Positions 43,387 through 49,373 of a DNA stretch of 49,373 nt are shown piece after piece. This stretch comes from Candidatus Lloydbacteria bacterium. GTDB taxonomy: Bacteria > Patescibacteriota > Minisyncoccia > Phycocordibacterales > UBA6899. Within the stretch, counting starts at the first letter, position 1. Each line of letters opens with the position of its first letter. A program made the translations under genes and the position numbers. The stretch covers positions 1 through 49,373 of the forward strand of contig JAYSSO010000010.1 of NCBI GenBank assembly GCA_043720495.1, written 5' to 3'. The notes under the pieces are model-generated. The model was not told the origin of the DNA. It was given only the letters and a program-made list of their open reading frames with translations, and did not search any database.

Positions 43387-43929
43387 ATGTCAAAACACAA
43401 ACAACAGTTGGCGCTCATGTTTATTATTGGACTGCTCGCCGGAGTATCAATTGCAAAAATAGGTATGAGTGATGGAGAAGAGGAGCTTACTTACGATGAG
43501 GCTCGCTCAAAGGTTATAACCACGGATGACTCTCTGCTTCCCAAGGTTTCGACCGAGTCTATTTCACCCTCGCGTGCATTTTCTCTACCGAAGGCGGTAC
43601 CAATGAACACGCGAATGAATTTTAGCGTGCTCGACCAGCCCGCTACGACTACTGTGCAGATAGCACACGTTGTGGTTACCATGCCCACCTGGGTTGCTGT
43701 GTATGAGGAGGTCAACGATACACCTGGGTCTATTTTGGGCGCCCAAAAGGTAGTTTCTGGTGACAAAGATACCGTAGTATCCCTCATTCGTCCTGCAGGA
43801 TTGACTGCTGGCAAAATTTATTTTGCAGTACTGCTTGAGGATAATGGTGATGGGGTCTTCAATCGAGGATCTGATATCCCACCAGTCTCACTAGAAAACG
43901 TGGTAATGGTGAAATTCAAAGCTCTATAG
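43387..43929 (+). CDS. Hypothetical membrane-anchored protein with a beta-rich C-terminal domain
   Basis: 180 aa with an N-terminal TM (LALMFIIGLLAGVSIAKIG). Confidence 0.6.
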   Translation: MSKHKQQLALMFIIGLLAGVSIAKIGMSDGEEELTYDEARSKVITTDDSLLPKVSTESISPSRAFSLPKAVPMNTRMNFSVLDQPATTTVQIAHVVVTMPTWVAVYEEVNDTPGSILGAQKVVSGDKDTVVSLIRPAGLTAGKIYFAVLLEDNGDGVFNRGSDIPPVSLENVVMVKFKAL

Positions 43930-44064
43930 CCCATCATTTCAGATTTCATAGTATTATCCTTGTATTTGGGATAGTATCCCCACACTATACACAACTCAAA
44001 ATTGTGTTTTTGTGGTATACTTTTTTCATTGCATGTTCTGCGTTGAGCTATCCATGTTTTTTTC

Positions 44065-45288
44065 ATGAAACAAATTCGCGTACTCATGTTTGGATGGGAG
44101 TTTCCACCTCACAATAGTGGAGGGCTTGGCGTGGCTTGCTATGGGCTCACAAAAAGTCTTGCAAAATGCAACATCTCAGTCACGTTTGTGCTTCCAAAAA
44201 AACTTTCCGGACTTGATCATGATTTTCTTAAAATAGTATTTGCAAATATTCGCAATCTGAAGATTCGTAGCGTCACGAGTTTGATTCACCCATACATCAC
44301 CAGTGAAGAGTATGATGAGTATCTTCTCAAAACTCCAGAAAAATCACTTTATGGACTCAATCTGTTTGATGAAGTAAGACGATATGGACTACAAGCTAGA
44401 ATCATTGCTAGCGAAGAGCCACACGATGTCATTCATGCTCATGACTGGCTTTCATTTCGTGCCGGCATAGAGGCTAAGCGCGTTTCGGGAAAACCCCTTA
44501 TCGTGCATGTGCATGCTACTGAATTTGATCGCACCGCTGGGCATCCCAATCAATACATTTACGAGGAAGAACGAAGGGGTCTTCATGCCGCGGATTGCAT
44601 CGTTGCTGTCTCGCAACATACAAAGAATGTGATTGTGGAGCATTATGGAATTGTGCCGGAGCGAATTGTTGTTGTGCACAATGGAATCAATCACCAAGAA
44701 TACCGTCATGCACTTCCGGTCGTGCTCGAAAATGTGAAATCAGAGGGTAAGAAAATAGTGCTTTTTGTGGGACGCATTACCATACAAAAGGGAGCAGATT
44801 ATTTTATTAAAGTTGCCAAGCGCGTCCTTGAGTTTGATCCTAATGTGCTTTTTGTTATTTCTGGTTCTGGAGATATGGAGCATCAAATCATACGACAGGC
44901 CTCTGATTTGGGACTTGGTGACAAAATCATATTTGCAGGTTTTGTGCGTGGAGATGAACTCCTAAAGCTTTATCGCGCAGCCGATTTATATGTCATGCCT
45001 TCTGTTTCTGAGCCCTTCGGTCTTACTGCCCTTGAAGCACTTGCAAACGGAACACCCATTTTAGTATCGAGACAATCAGGAGTATCCGAAGTCATCACGC
45101 ACGCGCTGAAGGCTGATTTTTGGGATATTGATGACATGGCCAACAAAATTGTGAACGTCGTCTCCAGTCGTGGTTTACAGCAAACTCTTGGCGAGCTCGG
45201 AGCGCGGGACGTAGAACATGTCACCTGGGAAAAGGCAGCCGGCAAATGTGCACAAATCTATGACGATATCGTAAAACAAGCACACTAA
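44065..45288 (+). CDS. Glycogen/starch-synthase-like glycosyltransferase (GT4/GT5, GT-B fold)
   Basis: 'IRVLMFGWEFPPHNSGGLGVACYGLTKSLA' and 'VGRITIQKGADYF', with 'PSVSEPFGLTALEALANGTPIL' carrying the E-x7-E region. Its context is GH57, GH15 and pgi. Confidence 0.8.
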   Translation: MKQIRVLMFGWEFPPHNSGGLGVACYGLTKSLAKCNISVTFVLPKKLSGLDHDFLKIVFANIRNLKIRSVTSLIHPYITSEEYDEYLLKTPEKSLYGLNLFDEVRRYGLQARIIASEEPHDVIHAHDWLSFRAGIEAKRVSGKPLIVHVHATEFDRTAGHPNQYIYEEERRGLHAADCIVAVSQHTKNVIVEHYGIVPERIVVVHNGINHQEYRHALPVVLENVKSEGKKIVLFVGRITIQKGADYFIKVAKRVLEFDPNVLFVISGSGDMEHQIIRQASDLGLGDKIIFAGFVRGDELLKLYRAADLYVMPSVSEPFGLTALEALANGTPILVSRQSGVSEVITHALKADFWDIDDMANKIVNVVSSRGLQQTLGELGARDVEHVTWEKAAGKCAQIYDDIVKQAH

Positions 45289-45356
45289 TATGAACTTAAC
45301 TTTCTTTTCTTTTTTCTCGCCTACTCACTACTCACTGCTCTCCACTATCTAATTAT

Positions 45357-46667
45357 ATGGCATCCGTTTGTTTCTACTTCCAAGTGCATCAACCCTATCG
45401 AATTAAAAAATATCGTATTTTTGACGTGGGTAATGACCATGAATATTTTAACGACCGCTCAGATTTGCCTATCAACAATGAAAAGATATTCCACAAAGTA
45501 GCAAACAAGTGCTATCTGCCCACCAACGCGCTTATGCTCGAACTGCTCAACCAGTACCCCGAGTTCAAGATTTCATATTCTCTCTCAGGGGTATTTATGG
45601 ATCAAATGGAAGAGTTTTCACCTGAGACACTGCTGTCTTTTCAGAAACTTGTGGCAACCGGTCGTGTGGAAATTCTCGACGAGACATATCACCACTCACT
45701 TTCATTCCTTTACTCGAAGGATGAGTTTGTGCGACAGGTTGAACTTCACCGAGACAAAGTAAAGAAGCTTTTTGGTGTGACGCCGACCGCATTTCGCAAT
45801 ACTGAACTTATCTACAACAACGAACTTGCGCGCTATGTCGAAGGAATGGGATATAAAGTAATTCTTGCAGAAGGTGCAGACCATCTCTTGGGTTGGCGCA
45901 GCCCCAATTTTATTTATCGCTCTCCAGGGACAAAAAAAATAAAGACTTTGCTCAAAAACTACAAATTGTCTGATGATATTGCTTTCCGTTTTTCTTCAAA
46001 GAGTTGGGCTGAATGGCCCCTTACGTCTGAAAAATTTGCACAGTGGGTCAACAACGTAAACGGCAACGGCAATCTGGTGAATCTCTTTATGGATTATGAG
46101 ACATTTGGGGAGCATCAGTGGGAAGATACGGGAATTTTTGATTTTTTACGAGCACTACCTCGCGAAATATTGAAGCATCCTGATAATGAGTTTGTCACTC
46201 CGACAGAGGCAGCAAAAAAGTATGAGTCAGTAGGAGAGTTCGATGCACACAACTATGTGTCGTGGGCAGACGTCGAGCGTGATCTTTCCGCGTGGCGATC
46301 AAACAACATGCAACGTGAGGCGCTCGGGAGTATCTATGCACTTGAGTCAGATGTATTTGCAACGGGGGATGCCAAGATTATAAATGATTGGCGTAGACTA
46401 CAAACATCAGATCATTTTTATTATATGTGCACGAAGTGGTTTGCCGATGGGGACGTCCATAAATATTTCAATCCCTACGAGACTCCCTATGATGCGTTCA
46501 TTGCGTACAACAACGTTCTCCACGACCTCCGCATGCGCATCGAAGAGCGCAAAAAGAAACGCGTTCTGAGTAAAGTAAAGAAAATCGCCGCTCCAAAAAA
46601 GGCTGTACTAAAAAAGAAACCCGTCGCCAAAGTGACAAAAAAGCCAATAGTAAAGAAAAAGGCTTGA
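45357..46667 (+). CDS. GH57-family alpha-glucan-active enzyme (amylase/branching-enzyme family) with a polybasic tail
   Basis: 'FYFQVHQPYRIKKY' N-terminal GH57 signature, plus 'ETFGEHQWED'. The C-terminal ~40 aa are Lys-rich (KKKRVLSKVKKIAAPKKAVLKKKPVAKVTKKPIVKKKA). Confidence 0.8.
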   Translation: MASVCFYFQVHQPYRIKKYRIFDVGNDHEYFNDRSDLPINNEKIFHKVANKCYLPTNALMLELLNQYPEFKISYSLSGVFMDQMEEFSPETLLSFQKLVATGRVEILDETYHHSLSFLYSKDEFVRQVELHRDKVKKLFGVTPTAFRNTELIYNNELARYVEGMGYKVILAEGADHLLGWRSPNFIYRSPGTKKIKTLLKNYKLSDDIAFRFSSKSWAEWPLTSEKFAQWVNNVNGNGNLVNLFMDYETFGEHQWEDTGIFDFLRALPREILKHPDNEFVTPTEAAKKYESVGEFDAHNYVSWADVERDLSAWRSNNMQREALGSIYALESDVFATGDAKIINDWRRLQTSDHFYYMCTKWFADGDVHKYFNPYETPYDAFIAYNNVLHDLRMRIEERKKKRVLSKVKKIAAPKKAVLKKKPVAKVTKKPIVKKKA

Positions 46668-46682
46668 GAGAAAAATAGAGTG

Positions 46683-46710
46683 AAATAACATCCCAAATGG
46701 GATGTTATTT
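46683..46710 (+). terminator. 12-bp perfect hairpin after the GH57 gene
   Basis: AAATAACATCCC (46683-46694) pairs with GGGATGTTATTT (46699-46710). Immediately after it comes TGgTATACT (46710-46718) and the ATG at 46725. Confidence 0.65.
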
Positions 46711-46724
46711 GGTATACTAAAACC

Positions 46725-48689
46725 ATGGCGAAGTCTTTGTCATTTGGGAACGGTACAATGCTCGTGCTTACGGACGCTTACGCACGTGTGCGAGATTTGT
46801 ATTACCCATATGTGGGGCTTGAGAATCAAGCGGGAGGGTCCAATGCGCATCGGCTTGGAGTTTGGGTGGATGGGGCTTTTTCATGGCTTGATGATGGCTC
46901 GTGGAATATTAAAGTACGTTCAGATTTGGCATATACGGGACTTACTACTGCGCTCTCCGAATCATTGGGACTTGAAATCCACATTACAGATGTCTTGTCT
47001 CACGAAAAGAATATTTTTTTACGTCGTTTTAAGGTGCACAATCGGCGGGACTATGATCGCGAGATTCGTGTGTTCTTCAATCATCAGCTGGAGATCTATC
47101 ACTCAGAAAAGGGGGACACGGCATTTTACGACCCCCAAGCGAGAACAATCATTCATTACGAAGGAAAGCGTGCATTTATTGCCAATGCGATGATGGACGG
47201 TCGCGGTATCAGTGATTATACTGTTGGCATTTTTGGTATAGAAGGAAAGGAGGGTACCTATAAGGACGCGGAAGATGGCCTACTTTCTAAGAATTCGATT
47301 GAACACGGTAGTGTCGACTCAACGCTCAGCATGAACTTCACTGTTATCAAAAATAGCGTCGAAGCATTTCATTATTGGTTTGCAGTGGGTGATTCGATTG
47401 ATGAAGTTCGAGGACTCAATATACACGTTGTGAGTCATACTCCGGATGAACTCATGCATACAGCACGTGACTACTGGCACGCATGGGTGGAGCGGAATAA
47501 ATGGAATTTTTACGGCCTTGGGGAAAACGTCATTGACCTTTTCAAAAAATCACAATTCTTTCTCCGTTCTCATGTAGACAAAAATGGTGGGATAATTGCG
47601 TCCGGTGACTCCGACATGCTTCAGGGAGGTAGAGACACCTACGCATACGTGTGGCCGAGGGACGCTGCCTATGTGGCAGTGACGCTTGACTGGACCGGAG
47701 ATCGCCACAGTGCAAGAAAGTTTTTTGATTTTTGTGATTCTGTAATGACAAAAGAGGGTTATCTCATGCACAAATATCGATCTGATACCTCGCTCGGATC
47801 ATCCTGGCATGGATATATGGTGCACGGTCGACCTGAACTACCCATTCAAGAAGATGAAACAGCGCTTATACTTTGGGCGCTTTGGGAGCACTGGCTCGCG
47901 TCGAAAGACCTGGACTATGTTGAGACAATGTACAATTCTTTTGTGGAAAGGGCTGCGATTTTCCTCTCAACATACCGCGATCCATACACTGGTTTACCAA
48001 AACCATCCTACAATCTTTGGGAGGAAAAATTTGGTGTACATACTTATACTGCGGCAACTGTCTATGCGGGGCTTAAGGTTGCCGCGCGTTTTGCAGAGAT
48101 TCTCGGCAAGAATCGCAATGAGCACAACTTTGATCGTGTTGCCGATGAAATGAAAGAATCGATACTCAAATACCTCTATGACGAGAAAGAGGGATACTTT
48201 ATACGCTCTGTGCTTGTGGGAGATGACGGTGTTATGACCGAGGACCGCACCATTGATGCCTCAAGTGCATACGGCGTATGCATGTTTGGCGTACTGCCAC
48301 CGAGCGACCCCCGCCTGCAGTCTGCGATTTCAAAGACGCGCACCGCGCTTACGGTCACCACTCCGGTGGGGGGTATCGCAAGGTATGGTGGAGATCAGTA
48401 TTACCGCACAAGCTCCGACCAACCAGGAAACCCTTGGTTCATTACGACGCTCTGGTACACTCAACTCGCTATTCTTGTGGCTGAGAGTGATAAAGATTTG
48501 GATGCAGTACGCGCAGATCTCAATTGGGTAGTGCGACACGCATTACTTTCAGGAGTTTTGTCTGAACAAATTTCACCACTAACGAGCGAACAGGTGGGCG
48601 CCGCTCCACTGACGTGGAGTCATTCTGAATTTTTGCGTACCGTCATTATGTACATGCGTCGTCTCAAGGAGCTCAACATAACCAAATAG
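46725..48689 (+). CDS. GH15-family glycoside hydrolase (glucoamylase/glucodextranase-like)
   Basis: 654 aa with an N-terminal beta-sandwich. The (alpha/alpha)6 region has 'YAYVWPRDAAYV', 'LWEEKFGVHTYT' and 'WSHSEFL'. Confidence 0.85.
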   Translation: MAKSLSFGNGTMLVLTDAYARVRDLYYPYVGLENQAGGSNAHRLGVWVDGAFSWLDDGSWNIKVRSDLAYTGLTTALSESLGLEIHITDVLSHEKNIFLRRFKVHNRRDYDREIRVFFNHQLEIYHSEKGDTAFYDPQARTIIHYEGKRAFIANAMMDGRGISDYTVGIFGIEGKEGTYKDAEDGLLSKNSIEHGSVDSTLSMNFTVIKNSVEAFHYWFAVGDSIDEVRGLNIHVVSHTPDELMHTARDYWHAWVERNKWNFYGLGENVIDLFKKSQFFLRSHVDKNGGIIASGDSDMLQGGRDTYAYVWPRDAAYVAVTLDWTGDRHSARKFFDFCDSVMTKEGYLMHKYRSDTSLGSSWHGYMVHGRPELPIQEDETALILWALWEHWLASKDLDYVETMYNSFVERAAIFLSTYRDPYTGLPKPSYNLWEEKFGVHTYTAATVYAGLKVAARFAEILGKNRNEHNFDRVADEMKESILKYLYDEKEGYFIRSVLVGDDGVMTEDRTIDASSAYGVCMFGVLPPSDPRLQSAISKTRTALTVTTPVGGIARYGGDQYYRTSSDQPGNPWFITTLWYTQLAILVAESDKDLDAVRADLNWVVRHALLSGVLSEQISPLTSEQVGAAPLTWSHSEFLRTVIMYMRRLKELNITK

Positions 48690-48690
48690 T

Positions 48691-49373
48691 ATGAACGAAC
48701 ATTTTTCTTGCAGGTATGCCAATGTTACTCGCACAAGAATCCATCCAGATGCTTCTGTGGTCCGCTTGCATGATGAAATGTCGGATATTTCACGAATGCG
48801 CTCAGGGGCATACGATCAGGCTCTTGATGTGATTCGCCTTCCACTTGATCCGCATGTGCTCATTGAAGCAAAGCGGGTTGCTGAAAGGTACTATACCTCA
48901 CGTCTCAAATACATCATTCTCATTGGTATTGGTGGTCAAAACCTCGGAGTAAAAGCTGTATACGATGCACTCCGCGGTCAGCTTGATCTCTCGACCAAGA
49001 ATCTTCCGAAGGTTATTTTTTTGGACACGTTGTCGTCGCACTATTTACACGACCTGGAGGAGCTATTGGCACAAGACATTCGTTCGTCGGATGAAATCCT
49101 CATTAGTCTTTCGAGTAAATCAGGCGCTACGACGGAAGTCGTCGCAAATTTTGAAATTTTGATGGGGAGGATTAGGAAGTTTATACCTGGTGTAGATAAG
49201 CGCGTTGTGGTCACTAGCGACCACGGTTCGCCACTTTGGATATCTGCGCATGAGCGAGGTTATGGACAGCTTGCCATGCCAAAACATGTTGGTGGGCGGT
49301 ACTCGATATTTTCACTAGCGGGAATTTTCCCACTACTTCTTGCCGGCATTGATGTTGTGGAGCTACAGAGAGG
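48691..49373 (+). CDS. pgi: Glucose-6-phosphate isomerase (3'-truncated by the window end)
   Basis: Hand-translated open frame: '...YIILIGIGGQNLGVKAVYDAL...ISLSSKSGATTEVVANF...VGGRYSIFSLAGIFPLLLAGID'. These are the SIS-domain PGI motifs. Confidence 0.85.
   Translation, partial: MNEHFSCRYANVTRTRIHPDASVVRLHDEMSDISRMRSGAYDQALDVIRLPLDPHVLIEAKRVAERYYTSRLKYIILIGIGGQNLGVKAVYDALRGQLDLSTKNLPKVIFLDTLSSHYLHDLEELLAQDIRSSDEILISLSSKSGATTEVVANFEILMGRIRKFIPGVDKRVVVTSDHGSPLWISAHERGYGQLAMPKHVGGRYSIFSLAGIFPLLLAGIDVVELQR

Noticed and set aside
1-49373. CRISPR arrays, rRNA genes, IS elements/transposases, integrases, restriction-modification pairs
   Set aside because: I saw no regularly spaced direct repeats, no rRNA-like sequence and no DDE, tyrosine- or serine-recombinase motifs in any listed ORF. 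The only repeats found are the tRNA-Gln 3'-end copies.

Overview
This 49.4-kb window is a gene-dense, mostly plus-strand chromosomal segment dominated by housekeeping genes. I recognise ychF, leuS, mltG, murC, mnmA, galU, pyrH, tsaC-like, alaS and dnaX. There is an infA-rpmJ-rpsM-rpsK-rpsD-rpoA-rplQ-rplM-rpsI ribosomal/RNAP block, one tRNA-Gln(UUG), and a pilB ATPase with a stand-alone response regulator. An envelope cluster carries a processive GT2, an SLT, CcdA and a thioredoxin-like protein. At the 3' end sits an alpha-glucan cluster (GT4/GT5 synthase-like, GH57, GH15, partial pgi).

Many proteins are short or domain-reduced (L13, AlaRS, DnaX). Many hypothetical proteins are anchored by one N-terminal TM helix, and Shine-Dalgarno sequences are mostly absent. 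By inference only, this fits a reduced-genome CPR/Patescibacteria-like bacterium using genetic code 11.

I found no rRNA, CRISPR array, transposase or integrase.

The main observations are:
1. LeuRS carries a complete NUDIX hydrolase domain with a canonical Nudix box, inserted after the CP1 editing domain.
2. Downstream of tRNA-Gln there is an array of direct and inverted copies of the tRNA 3' end. It is followed by about 1.4 kb of decayed, compositionally patchy DNA, likely a relic integration hotspot.
3. A -10 hexamer recurs 6-9 nt upstream of start codons, implying widespread leaderless transcription.
4. Several domain architectures are unusual: sigma70 region 4 plus HARE-HTH, ATP-cone plus PD-(D/E)xK nuclease, AlaRS without C-Ala, and a divergent FtsA/PilM-like ATPase paired with a large membrane protein.

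All functional calls come from motif recognition by eye. No searches were run.
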